Below are positions 49,923 to 59,335 of a stretch of DNA of 64,000 bases, piece after piece. Origin of the DNA: Pseudomonadota bacterium (GTDB lineage: Bacteria > Bdellovibrionota_B > Oligoflexia > Silvanigrellales > Silvanigrellaceae). The DNA lies in the NCBI GenBank assembly GCA_039799905.1, contig JBDLRP010000036.1:64001-128000 (forward strand), read 5' to 3'. Below the pieces are notes generated by a model. It did not search any database. It was given only the letters and a program-made list of their open reading frames with translations, and had not been told where the DNA came from. Numbering within the stretch: position 1 is the first letter of the stretch; each line of letters opens with the position of its first letter. Made by a program: the position numbers and the translations under genes.

Positions 49923-51380
49923 ATGAGGCGGTTTTTTGGAAATGGCGCAGTTTTCTCGGTTTTTTTTGCGCTTAGTTTGTTTGGCTGCGTTTCAACAAGT
50001 TCATTGCCGGGCACTCGGGCACCTTCCCTGGTCTCAACTCAAGACACCAAGATGAATCCCGCTCAACGGAATTCTCCGCCTCCGCCTCCGCCTCCGTCCT
50101 CGGGATCACTTGGGGGCGCCGTGACAGAAGGGGTTTGCCCAGAGGGTGCTGAGTTTCAGAAATCGCCCCGCAGCTGTGTCACCCGGGGCGGGTTTATTCT
50201 GGGGCCTTTCCCAATTGAGCTTCAGGAATTGTGCCGCGATCTGTTCCCGTCGGAAGCTAGTATCTGTGTGCAGAAGCAGGATTGGCCGGTCGAATTTCTC
50301 TCGAAATTTGCTGAAGTCTTGAAGAATCAGTGTCCGATCGGAACAGTGCAGATGCCGATTGCTGGGTGCCTTTCATCGGGCATGGTGTACGGACCTTTCA
50401 CACTTGCCCAAGTCGGCGCGTGTCGGAGAAAATTGCCTTCTCATTCCGAATATCAGTGCGATCAAATGGCTTGGTCGGAGGAACTTTTCAAGAGTCTCCT
50501 CAATCCCGCCGGCGATGAGATCAAAGTGGTGAATGTTGCTCCGGAGAAAGCTGATACCAAACAGGAAAAAATTGAAGTGAAAACGGACGATAAGAAACCG
50601 GCAGCCGTTGATCTGACGGAAGAAAACAAGAAGGCCGCTGAAGGGAAAGATGAAAGTAAGAAAACCGCTGTTGAAAAGTCAGCTGCGGCTGCAGAAAAAT
50701 TGCCTGGTTTGCCTGGTAATGCTGCTCAAGAGATAAGTGAAAGAGCGCTCAAGGCGCCCACTTACTGCATCTACAGTTGGGACGAACGGCCGGGGACAGC
50801 CGACTTCACAACACAAAACAGGCGGCTCCAGTCGCTGCGGAAGTCAGCAACCTACTTTGTGGACAGAAGAGAGTCTGAATCTTTGCTGCGCAGCAAAGAA
50901 TTTCAAAACATGGACACTTGTTCCCGCGCCCGCTTTCTTAAAAAGTGTTTTCAACGCGTGATCCTTGAAAGCGATTCACCGGCGGCGCAGGCTTTCCGAG
51001 CGTGGTCGTTGGGCAGAGTTCGTCCTGTGGAAGCGCATATGGCTTTCGTGATGAAAGAAACGCGTTTGGGGCTTTGGCCTGATGATTGTTGGAACGGAAG
51101 GTGTAAAGGTGTTGGCATTGCCAAAGTTGCAACTGCACGCACACCTGCAGGGCGAACAGTCTTCGACACAGACCCGCTCTGGCACGGAATTACACACAAC
51201 ATAATGACAAATTTGGAATTCAGCCTGCGCAATATTGCAGACAAGACAAACGCTGGCGCAACCGACCTGTATGCACTCGCCTTTCTCTTCAATGGAAAAG
51301 CACGGACGCAGGAACGCTATGCGCTTGATGTGGACCGCTACTACAAAGAGTTGCTCGCCTGTAATCTTGATGAGCGATGA
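49923..51380 (+). CDS. Lipoprotein with two Cys-rich CPxG...GPF...C repeats and a C-terminal lysozyme/lytic-transglycosylase-like domain
   Basis: Lipobox LFGC, poly-Pro linker, two repeats, K/E-rich linker, then MAFVMKET, GVGIAKV, NLEFS, FLFNG and YA..V..YY in SLT motif order. Confidence 0.62.
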   Translation: MRRFFGNGAVFSVFFALSLFGCVSTSSLPGTRAPSLVSTQDTKMNPAQRNSPPPPPPPSSGSLGGAVTEGVCPEGAEFQKSPRSCVTRGGFILGPFPIELQELCRDLFPSEASICVQKQDWPVEFLSKFAEVLKNQCPIGTVQMPIAGCLSSGMVYGPFTLAQVGACRRKLPSHSEYQCDQMAWSEELFKSLLNPAGDEIKVVNVAPEKADTKQEKIEVKTDDKKPAAVDLTEENKKAAEGKDESKKTAVEKSAAAAEKLPGLPGNAAQEISERALKAPTYCIYSWDERPGTADFTTQNRRLQSLRKSATYFVDRRESESLLRSKEFQNMDTCSRARFLKKCFQRVILESDSPAAQAFRAWSLGRVRPVEAHMAFVMKETRLGLWPDDCWNGRCKGVGIAKVATARTPAGRTVFDTDPLWHGITHNIMTNLEFSLRNIADKTNAGATDLYALAFLFNGKARTQERYALDVDRYYKELLACNLDER

Positions 51381-51382
51381 TT

Positions 51383-51712
51383 TCAGGCCGCGCTGGGCGG
51401 TGGATCTTCTCCGGTGTCTTTAATCCGGAGAGATGTTTGACGCATTCCGTCGATTGTCTCGCGTGGAACTTGTTCCCAACGATACAACACGCCGGGACGG
51501 CCTTTGCACCAAAACTGCAGGCCCACCGATGTAACTGAGTACTTATCGAAAACGACTACACGGCTGGTTTGGTCGGCAAGCTTGAGGATCAGTCTTCGAT
51601 CCTGAAGGCGCACCGACAGAACTCGGTCGTGTTTCGAACCCTCAAGCCAAAGCAGCGTGCAAGGTGTTTCGCACAGCGTTTTCAGCTTCTGGGTCAAGAA
51701 AAAATCAGGCAT
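51383..51712 (-). CDS. Small hypothetical protein
   Basis: 109-aa ORF with GGAGGG upstream; fills the gap between convergent neighbours. Confidence 0.5.
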   Translation of the reverse strand: MPDFFLTQKLKTLCETPCTLLWLEGSKHDRVLSVRLQDRRLILKLADQTSRVVVFDKYSVTSVGLQFWCKGRPGVLYRWEQVPRETIDGMRQTSLRIKDTGEDPPPSAA

Positions 51713-51794
51713 AGGGAGCCCTCCATAGCATAGACGTTGCGCATCCTTGCGCCACGCGACCCCACAACCTCTAAAAGCCGAGGAGTCATTGAAG

Positions 51795-51820
51795 CTATCG
51801 GAGTTTTCGGGTCAGCTTGA
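51795..51820 (-). promoter_or_regulatory. Candidate sigma-28 promoter
   Basis: Minus strand TCAAG-N13-TCCGATAG upstream of the 51712 ORF. Confidence 0.45.
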
Positions 51821-51853
51821 GCGCGAGATCTTTCCGAGGTGTCGGAAAAAAAC

Positions 51854-53854
51854 TCAGAGTGGGAAAAAATTCCCTTGCATTTGGTGTTCGGATGGGTCCG
51901 CAGATTGCGGAAATATAACTGAGAGATGGTCCGGAAGACTTTCCGTCAAAGCTTCGGAGATGCTTTGCTTGAGCGTGACGATGCGGGAGTCTGCACGATT
52001 GCCCGAAGTGTTGGATGAACTCTGGGCTGCGCGAATGTCCGCGTCGATTGAGTTGAGCAATCGATCGAGGACCATGACAGTGAAAACGAACGGTTGAGGA
52101 CCAAGTCCGCGGCGCAGCTCAGGTTTGAGTGTTTGCGCCAATACGGAGAGTCCCCATAGTGTGTGGCTCTCCGGATGTTTTCTGAGTTTCACTTCGGCCG
52201 ATTTGGAAATGTGTTCAGTGAAGGCTGCCAGGATCATCTGTCCGCGTATCAGTTCGTGGGGGTCTGCGTATACTTTGTATCCGACAACGGAAAAATGGGA
52301 ACTCCCAAGATAGCTTCCCTGACCGTAAAACAAAGTCGAAGGAATCCCGCTTTTTCGTAGCAGTTGAGCAGCTTGAGCAGAGGCGGCAGAAAATCCGAAC
52401 GGCATGACGCCCGCCTCCGAATTTTGCAGAACGGCTGCGGCCAATTCAGAGCAGTAAAGCCTTTCTTGATTGTCTGGATCAAAGTCAAAGTCGTACGAAA
52501 TGTCTTGCGCGAGCATGTTGGAGAACGACCGACGCATGCGTTCGCGTAAGGCTTCCGTCTGATGGCGCAGTCTGACGACAACAAAGCGCTCGGTGCGCAG
52601 GTCAAGCGGCGAGAGCATCAAGCGGCCGTAGTTCATCTCAATCGCATAGGGCAGGCCGTTGTCATCAAAGGTGACCATCTGCATGTGAGACAAAAGCGAA
52701 CCTGAATTGATGAAGGTCTCCCACAGGCCACCGGTGGCGCCTGCCTGAATCAAAATGATATCGCCCTCGCGGAATTCAATGCCGTTGCGTCGGTAACTGA
52801 AATTTGCCGGCGTCTGTTTGGAGCGGAATGATTGCAACACGGCTTTTTTAAGACGAGTTATCTCGTCAGACGGCAGTGGCAGCGAATTGATTTTTTTCTC
52901 GATATCTATGTGAATTGCAAGCCAGAAATCGCGAGCGCGGCGCAATCGTTGAGGGATGCTTCCCAGGCTTTCAAGATATGCCTTGAGTTCTTTCCACTGT
53001 TCGGGAAGTTTTTGCAGTTCTCCGACACCCTGTGGAAGCTGCAGATTTTCCCGTTGGCTGGGTGCGTGAAACGGACCACGTTGAAATGTTGCATCGTCGC
53101 CCGACAGATCATTCGTGCGCGGCAAACCTGCTTGGGCCATAGCGTTTGCAAATTCTACGCTGGGGCTTGCTGTGAATCGTTGATAAATGAACAAACGAGC
53201 GAGCGGGCCGCCTGAATCGGCTAAAAGTTTGAGCAGCACCGGCGCGGTTTCGGGATTACCGCTCTGACTGCGGTAAATAGAGACAAGCCGTGCTTCATGT
53301 TGAGGATGTATGATCGCTGCGAGTTGGGGAATCTCTTCGAGAGCTTCCTTGCTCATCTGATTGTCGAGCTTCCGTTCGACACTGTTGAGACGTGCCTCTG
53401 AAAAGTAATGCTGCAGGCCGCTGAGGGTCATCATCAGGCGTTCTGACCAGTTCAGCCACAGCCCTTTGAGCTCGGCTTCATGATGTTGTTGAGCTGTGTC
53501 GACCGAAAGTAGATACAACTTTCTGAGTTTACTGATGATAGCCGCTGCCTGCTCGAGATTCTCTGGTACGGCTAAAGAATCGAGTTCATGAATTTTTTTG
53601 TTCATCTCGTCGCGCATCACGACCTTGTCGGGCGACGTCAGGTTGGAGTTCTGCAGGATGAATTCGCGCACACGCTGAATGACTTCAGAGGGGCGCTTTG
53701 GGCGCAGTGCTTCGCTGCCAAGGCTAGAAGTGAATCGAGACTCGTGAGTCGACGGATTTTCACATGCGCTCAAAAGAGCACCTATCGCCGCAATAAGTGC
53801 GGCTGGTTTAGCAATCAGCAGCTTGCCGAATGCCCCCGTCGGTCTGCAATTCAT
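51854..53854 (-). CDS. Lipoprotein with a permuted papain-like NlpC/P60 (YiiX/YebB) domain
   Basis: Lipobox LLSAC; REGDIIL, SHMQM (His), YDFDF, LYCSEL (Cys). ATG 53854 overlaps the upstream TGA. Confidence 0.78.
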   Translation of the reverse strand: MNCRPTGAFGKLLIAKPAALIAAIGALLSACENPSTHESRFTSSLGSEALRPKRPSEVIQRVREFILQNSNLTSPDKVVMRDEMNKKIHELDSLAVPENLEQAAAIISKLRKLYLLSVDTAQQHHEAELKGLWLNWSERLMMTLSGLQHYFSEARLNSVERKLDNQMSKEALEEIPQLAAIIHPQHEARLVSIYRSQSGNPETAPVLLKLLADSGGPLARLFIYQRFTASPSVEFANAMAQAGLPRTNDLSGDDATFQRGPFHAPSQRENLQLPQGVGELQKLPEQWKELKAYLESLGSIPQRLRRARDFWLAIHIDIEKKINSLPLPSDEITRLKKAVLQSFRSKQTPANFSYRRNGIEFREGDIILIQAGATGGLWETFINSGSLLSHMQMVTFDDNGLPYAIEMNYGRLMLSPLDLRTERFVVVRLRHQTEALRERMRRSFSNMLAQDISYDFDFDPDNQERLYCSELAAAVLQNSEAGVMPFGFSAASAQAAQLLRKSGIPSTLFYGQGSYLGSSHFSVVGYKVYADPHELIRGQMILAAFTEHISKSAEVKLRKHPESHTLWGLSVLAQTLKPELRRGLGPQPFVFTVMVLDRLLNSIDADIRAAQSSSNTSGNRADSRIVTLKQSISEALTESLPDHLSVIFPQSADPSEHQMQGNFFPL

Positions 53855-54639
53855 GACTTCGATCCTCCGGTTGGTGACTTGCGGGTCGAGCAATTGGCAA
53901 CAGACCCAGACTGAATTCCGTTGTGCTCTAGTTCTGCAGCAGCGAGATGGCGCGAGCGGAATGTCGGAAAAGGATAAGTCGATTTGTCTGCACGCGGCGC
54001 GTAACCAATGATGTTTTTGCAAAAGAATGAGCGCAGAAAACGCTCGAGGCGCGGAAATTCCTGCGCAGCCTCGGGAGAAAAACTAAGATTCACGCAGTTG
54101 AAAAGAATGCTGTAGGGCGAATGCCACATTTTCAGTATGTTCTGCAGCTTTGACTTGAGCGTTGCAACATCGGCGGCTGTTTGTAGAGTCGTGTCCGCTA
54201 GAAAACTGATTTCCATGACGTGCGCATTGAAGTCGTTGTCAATCTGGATCCGGCTGCGCAGATCTTCGAGATTGCGCGTCAGTCCTGCGCCACGAGCGAG
54301 TCCCGTGCGAGCGACCGCAGCATCATACCCTTCGACAACCTCAAAGGGACACCATTCAGGCGGTTGTCCTTCATGACAAAAACCAAGAATGTTTTTCATG
54401 AAGAAATTCTTGAAAAAATTGATGAGACGTTCAAAGTCTTTTCGCAGCGGTTCTGCAACCGCAATTTGCCGGCAATCAAACAGGCAAGTGTAGGGTGAAT
54501 GCCATTTTTTCAGATTTTCAGTCCACGCTGTCTTGAGCTCTGCAATCGCGGAGGCATCCGAGATTGTCAGCCCTTCCGGAAACTGAATTTCGACAACACG
54601 CGCCGATAAATGGTTTTCGAATGTGACTTTAAGTGCCAC
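53851..54639 (-). CDS. Tandem two-domain protein (STAS/SpoIIAA-like repeats)
   Basis: Internal duplication: KKWHSPYTCLFDC...FFKNFFMKNILGF versus KMWHSPYSILFNC...FLRSFFCKNIIGY. GGAGGGG before GTG 54639. Confidence 0.7.
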   Translation of the reverse strand: MALKVTFENHLSARVVEIQFPEGLTISDASAIAELKTAWTENLKKWHSPYTCLFDCRQIAVAEPLRKDFERLINFFKNFFMKNILGFCHEGQPPEWCPFEVVEGYDAAVARTGLARGAGLTRNLEDLRSRIQIDNDFNAHVMEISFLADTTLQTAADVATLKSKLQNILKMWHSPYSILFNCVNLSFSPEAAQEFPRLERFLRSFFCKNIIGYAPRADKSTYPFPTFRSRHLAAAELEHNGIQSGSVANCSTRKSPTGGSKS

Positions 54640-54756
54640 TGCCCCTCCGCGCCCTTGCAAGTTGTATCTACGAGTCGTCTATACATTTTGTCGTAGGGGA
54701 GGGAAAGGGAGGGTTTAAGTATTCAAAATCTATGAATAAATACGATACCTATTGTA

Positions 54757-56205
54757 CTACTTGCGCAGTACGTGTCGTTTGTAACCAATGATTTTCTTCA
54801 GGATCCACATTTTCCAACTTGTATAGGGTCTGTACCGCAGGGGCAGGTCGAGCCAAAACGGCCGCTTCAAAATGGAACGCGGATAGCTGAAGGCATTGAA
54901 GCCCGTTTCACCGTGATAAGCACCCATTCCGCTTGCACCGACACCTCCGAACGGCAGTTGACTGGCCGCGAGTTGGATGACCGTGTCGTTGACGTTCAAG
55001 GAGCCCGATCGAGTCTCGCGCTCGATTTTTCCAATCAACGCGGAATCGGACGAGAACACGTACAAGGCGAGCGGATGCTCGTTTGCATTGATGTAGGAAA
55101 TGACTTCATCGATGTGGTCGTAACCAATAACGGGCGTGAGCGGACCAAAGATCTCTTCAGCCATGATAGGCGCGGACGCTATTGATTCCCGTTCCAGCAG
55201 ATAAAACGACGGTTCGATGAGTTGCTGCGAGACGTTGATTTTTCCGCCGATGCGCAGCTGCGGCCTGTGTGCTTCGGCAATCTTTTCCAGACGCTGGAAG
55301 TGTTTTTGATTGACGATCCCGCAAAAATTTTCGTTGCGCCTGTAGCCGTCCGGAAAAAATTCTGTGAGCGTTTTTTCGAGCGCACGGCAGAGGTTTTCTA
55401 CGTTGCTGCGCGGTGTGAAAATGTAATCTGGCGCAACGCAGGTTTGTCCGGCGTTGAGGGTTTTGCCCCAGATGATTCTGCGTGCGGTGACGGTGATATC
55501 TGCGGAGGAATCGACTATGCAGGGAGATTTGCCGCCGAGCTCGAGTACGACCGGCGTCAGGTGGCGTGCTGCAGCCGCCGACACGACGCGTCCGATCTGC
55601 GTGCTTCCTGTAAAAAAGATGAAATCCCACTTCAATTCGAGGAGAGCCTGGCTGGTTTCCACTCCGCCTGCGACCACCTGAACGAGGTCGGCAGAGAGAT
55701 ATTTTGGCACGAGCTCACAGAGCAGTCGGCTGCAGTTTGGAGTCAGTTCCGACGGCTTCAATACGGCGCAATTTCCCGCTGCAAGTGCCGCGATGAGCGG
55801 GGTGAGAAGCAACTGAAAGGGATAATTCCAAGGGCCGATGATGAGTGCGACACCAAAGGGCTGTGGACTCACGTATCCACGCGCCGGAAATAGAACGATT
55901 GGCATAAACTTGCGTTTGGGCTTCATCCAGCGGTGCAGATTTGCCCTCGCGGTTTTGGCTTCCTCGATAACTACGCTGAGCTCGGCCAGCAGTGTGTCGG
56001 CGACTGGGCGTCCGAGGTCTGCTGCGATGGCTTCACAAATCCGCTCCTGATTTTCCTGCACGAGCCGTTCGACGCAGGCAATGGCATTGAGTCGCTCGGG
56101 CAGCTCTTTGATGCGGCCCGAAATAAAACTTCGCCGCATGTGCATGAGGATGGCTTGCAATTTGCCGTTATCGACAGGATGCTCGGGGGACACGGATGGC
56201 AGCAT
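54757..56205 (-). CDS. Aldehyde dehydrogenase (ALDH3 / fatty or coniferyl aldehyde type)
   Basis: PWNYP, KPSE, FTGS, LELGGKSP, NAGQTCVAPDY, EEIFGP, PFGGVGASG. Confidence 0.95.
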   Translation of the reverse strand: MLPSVSPEHPVDNGKLQAILMHMRRSFISGRIKELPERLNAIACVERLVQENQERICEAIAADLGRPVADTLLAELSVVIEEAKTARANLHRWMKPKRKFMPIVLFPARGYVSPQPFGVALIIGPWNYPFQLLLTPLIAALAAGNCAVLKPSELTPNCSRLLCELVPKYLSADLVQVVAGGVETSQALLELKWDFIFFTGSTQIGRVVSAAAARHLTPVVLELGGKSPCIVDSSADITVTARRIIWGKTLNAGQTCVAPDYIFTPRSNVENLCRALEKTLTEFFPDGYRRNENFCGIVNQKHFQRLEKIAEAHRPQLRIGGKINVSQQLIEPSFYLLERESIASAPIMAEEIFGPLTPVIGYDHIDEVISYINANEHPLALYVFSSDSALIGKIERETRSGSLNVNDTVIQLAASQLPFGGVGASGMGAYHGETGFNAFSYPRSILKRPFWLDLPLRYRPYTSWKMWILKKIIGYKRHVLRK

Positions 56206-56241
56206 AGAATCCTCGGGTGCGTGAGCCGGATGAGAGGCAAC

Positions 56242-56877
56242 ATGAAAATACTTTTTTTACTATACACACAGGCTGAAGGCGGCGCACCTGGTTTCTTGAG
56301 TCGCCGCGGCGAAGAGGCTGCGGGTAATCTTGCCCAGACTTTGTTCGGCTTTGCTCAGGACTCTCTGGGAATAAATATCGACGCGCAATACGAAGACCGC
56401 TCCCGTTCGCTGGAGGAGGACATCCGCTGGCGCGCCTTCCGTTCCCCGCAGTCGCTGCCTCAGGCTGTCAGGGCATCGAACGGTTTGTTTTCCGATTTGT
56501 TGCTTTTTTCGGGCGAACATTTCAGGACGATGAAGACAACAGAACCGATCTCACAGATGTGTGCACTGCCGGTGTGCGTTGATTCGCGTCTGGACCGCTG
56601 TTCAGAAGACAAGCCGCACGGCGGAACGCTGGCTGACGCAATATCCGACATCATAGACGTCCACCTTCATGCTCTCGAGCAAAAGCCACGCTGCGTTTGG
56701 CTCGGCACCTCGCAGCGCGCGCTGACAGAATGGCTCAAGCCGCTTATGGACGAAGAGAAATGGCAATCGTGCCTGCAGGTGATGGAGCAATCGACACAAA
56801 ACGATCTTTTGCCCGCCGTCTTTGCCTGCGGATATGAAAAAAACGCGGACGGAACGCCGCGTTGGGTCATCGACTGA
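56242..56877 (+). CDS. Degenerate histidine-phosphatase (SixA/PGM fold)-like protein
   Basis: MKILFLLYTQAE (where RHG is expected), LSRRGEEAA, SGEHFRTMKTTEPI, VDSRLD. Confidence 0.5.
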   Translation: MKILFLLYTQAEGGAPGFLSRRGEEAAGNLAQTLFGFAQDSLGINIDAQYEDRSRSLEEDIRWRAFRSPQSLPQAVRASNGLFSDLLLFSGEHFRTMKTTEPISQMCALPVCVDSRLDRCSEDKPHGGTLADAISDIIDVHLHALEQKPRCVWLGTSQRALTEWLKPLMDEEKWQSCLQVMEQSTQNDLLPAVFACGYEKNADGTPRWVID

Positions 56878-56895
56878 ATTTGCTGCGAACGTTCC

Positions 56896-57483
56896 TCAAA
56901 GGCGCGTTACCTTGAGAACTCCGAACGGCAGAGCAACCTGTTCGGTTTTTCCCTTTTCGAGTTTGATGATGTTCGAGCCGAGCCGCTCCACCATTTCGAA
57001 CGCCTGAGCCTGCTGTCCGGCCCGCATCGGCACGGGTCCTTTTCCTGCGTTCTTCTTCACCGATTTTAGGAAATATTTGACAGCCCATATGCCCACCTGA
57101 CGCGGCAACAGCACGTGCTGGTCGCCGGGGAGCTTCTGCAGTTCTTTGCCGAGTTGCTGCGGAATCTGGAAACCGCGCGGTGTCATTTTTGTCCACTGCA
57201 CCTCAATCCAGCGGCCGCTTCCGCGCACTCGGTTCTTTTGAATCATGAGCTGCGAGAGCAGTTTACCGAGCAGCATGGGCAGGACTGCTGCGAGTCCCCA
57301 GTAGCTGTTCGTTCCGAGTGCAAAGATGAGCGCCACCGCGCCCAAGGTGATGCCGTCTTGTGCCCTGAACTTGATTCCCTGTGAGGGAACTCGTTGCCAG
57401 AGTTGAAACAACATAAACACGACCAGCATGAGTGAGCCGAGCACGAGCATCAGGCTGCGAACGATGAGCAGGAAGATCTCCAT
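56896..57483 (-). CDS. Hypothetical membrane protein
   Basis: Three N-terminal hydrophobic segments and a basic C-terminal domain. Confidence 0.6.
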   Translation of the reverse strand: MEIFLLIVRSLMLVLGSLMLVVFMLFQLWQRVPSQGIKFRAQDGITLGAVALIFALGTNSYWGLAAVLPMLLGKLLSQLMIQKNRVRGSGRWIEVQWTKMTPRGFQIPQQLGKELQKLPGDQHVLLPRQVGIWAVKYFLKSVKKNAGKGPVPMRAGQQAQAFEMVERLGSNIIKLEKGKTEQVALPFGVLKVTRL

Positions 57484-57595
57484 GAGTCTCGATCCTTTTA
57501 GTAATCACGTATTTAGGCTTGCAAACACTTGTAATTGATGCAACTTCAAACGCCTGAGAGCGTTCGACAGGCTAGTTCCTAGAATAGGGACGAAG

Positions 57596-59335
57596 GTGAT
57601 GCAAGACATGACTCGAATCACAAGCGCCAACAGTCTTCCCCGATTGGGCACACGACTCACCCGATTGCGGGCATGGGAGAATGATTTTCGTCTGTTAGCG
57701 GGCGAGCGCCTATTTTCCGAGCTCAATCTGCCGCTCAGCCTGCCTGCGTGTGATTTTGTCAGCCGCCTGACCGGCGAGGGATTACTCCCCAATGCGCCCC
57801 GCTTTCTGGATTCCAACGGAACCGAGTGGTCTCTGCGCACCGACCTGACCGTCTTTTCTGCTCAATTTGTCTGTCAGCATGCGGCTGAGCTGCGGTTTCC
57901 GTTCCGTCTTTTTTACAGCGGCAAGGTCTTTTCTCCGCAGGGACTGCTTGGCGCCGAGGGCTTCAGGCTTGGGCATGCCTCAGAATTTGAATCTCTCGAG
58001 TTCGGTGCCGAGATTATTGGTGACACCACACTGGATGCCGAACTTCAGTTGCTCGACCTCGCTCTCTCGGCCCTGCGTCGGTTCGGCTATTCGGGAATCA
58101 GCGTCGGTGTCGGAGATGTTCGTATTTCGGCTGCTTTGGAAAGTTTGCTGCTCGCAAAGGTTGCCGACGAACAGGTGCGCGCGGACGTCAAGGCTCAGCT
58201 GCGCGAAGCCGTTGTTAATAAAGACGGTGCCGTGCTCGCGGCGTTGATGCAAAAATTTGAAATTGAAGATTCCGACCTCACAAAGTCTTGCCCCGAGCTG
58301 TCGCAACTTTCACGGGTGGTCGACAAATTACGCGCGGCGCATCCGCAGATTCAGTTTTTCACCGATCCGTTGCTCACCCGCCAGCGTCGATTTTACAGCG
58401 GACTTGTCTTTGATTTTTGGGCGACAGACACGCATGGATTTTTCAAAAACGTCGGCGGCGGCGGACGATATGACAGACTTTTGGAACATTTTGGCGTGCC
58501 GCAGGCTGCAGTCGGATTCATGCTGCGTGACCCTCAGACAGCAGGTGTCGAGGAAGACGTTCCTGCAGTTCAGTCCGGCTATGAAAATGCCTCCGTGTTG
58601 AACGTTCCCAGCTCCACTCGGCGTCCTCGTCGTCCGGTGCGTGTGGCGTTGCCCAAGGGGCGGCTGCAAAAGTGGGGCATTCAGGCATTTGCAGATGTGG
58701 GAATACGACTGTCTGAAAATCCAGACAGCACGCGAAAGCTGGTTTTGCTGAGTGAATGCGGAGAATATGAATTTCTCTTCGTGAAAAACTCTGATGTGGT
58801 CTCGTACGTCGAGCGCGGCATCGCCGATGTTGCGATTGCCGGCTCAGATTCACTCGATGAAGCGGATGTTGTCGGCGTTTTGCGTCCGGTGACTTTTGCA
58901 TTTGGTCAGTGCCGCATTTGTCTCGCAGGTCTGCCTCAGGCGGAGCAGCGGCTGATGTCGAGCCCGCGTCCGCGGGTTGCGACGAAGTATCCGCATCTGG
59001 CAAGACGATTGCTGCGCGGAATTGGCTTGCTGCCTGAACTCGTTCCGTTGCAGGGCAGCGTCGAACTCGCAAGCGTCATCTCTTTCAGCGATGCGATTGT
59101 CGACCTCGTTGAAACCGGTTCCACTCTGCGTGAGAACGGGTTGGTTGTTTTCCGTGAACTCGCCCAGACACGCGTGCAGCTGGTGACCTCGCGCAGCTAC
59201 TACGCACAGTTTCCCGAAACGCTTCGACATTGGCAGCACCATTGGTTGCACCATGGTCACGTTGCAGCAGCGCATTTCGGAACAGTCAATTTCGGGGAGT
59301 TAAAAAATGATTCGGATTCACAAAACAGCAGATGA
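57596..59335 (+). CDS. hisZG: Fused ATP phosphoribosyltransferase: HisZ regulatory domain plus short-form HisG
   Basis: HisZ motifs LRTDLT, RLFYSGKVF, GAEIIG, FYSGLVF, GGGGRYD, AVGF. HisG motifs VALPKGRL, YVERGIAD, RVATKYP, GSVELA, IVDLVETGSTLRENGL. One continuous frame. Confidence 0.9.
   Translation: MMQDMTRITSANSLPRLGTRLTRLRAWENDFRLLAGERLFSELNLPLSLPACDFVSRLTGEGLLPNAPRFLDSNGTEWSLRTDLTVFSAQFVCQHAAELRFPFRLFYSGKVFSPQGLLGAEGFRLGHASEFESLEFGAEIIGDTTLDAELQLLDLALSALRRFGYSGISVGVGDVRISAALESLLLAKVADEQVRADVKAQLREAVVNKDGAVLAALMQKFEIEDSDLTKSCPELSQLSRVVDKLRAAHPQIQFFTDPLLTRQRRFYSGLVFDFWATDTHGFFKNVGGGGRYDRLLEHFGVPQAAVGFMLRDPQTAGVEEDVPAVQSGYENASVLNVPSSTRRPRRPVRVALPKGRLQKWGIQAFADVGIRLSENPDSTRKLVLLSECGEYEFLFVKNSDVVSYVERGIADVAIAGSDSLDEADVVGVLRPVTFAFGQCRICLAGLPQAEQRLMSSPRPRVATKYPHLARRLLRGIGLLPELVPLQGSVELASVISFSDAIVDLVETGSTLRENGLVVFRELAQTRVQLVTSRSYYAQFPETLRHWQHHWLHHGHVAAAHFGTVNFGELKNDSDSQNSR

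Noticed and set aside
48950..50014. Apparent long bidirectional overlap of the 354-aa and 562-aa ORFs
   Set aside because: Artefact of longest-ORF calling; starts at 49675 (-) and 49923 (+) remove the overlap.
50076..50099. CCGCCT tandem repeat
   Set aside because: Simply encodes the poly-Pro linker of the lipoprotein; unit is a multiple of 3, so no phase variation.
51831..51848. TTTCCGA-GGTG-TCGGAAA hairpin after the NlpC/P60 gene
   Set aside because: No U-tract follows on the transcribed (minus) strand, so it is not called a terminator.
55933..56241. 5' extension of the 314-aa plus-strand ORF
   Set aside because: Antisense to the ALDH gene; the plausible start is 56242.
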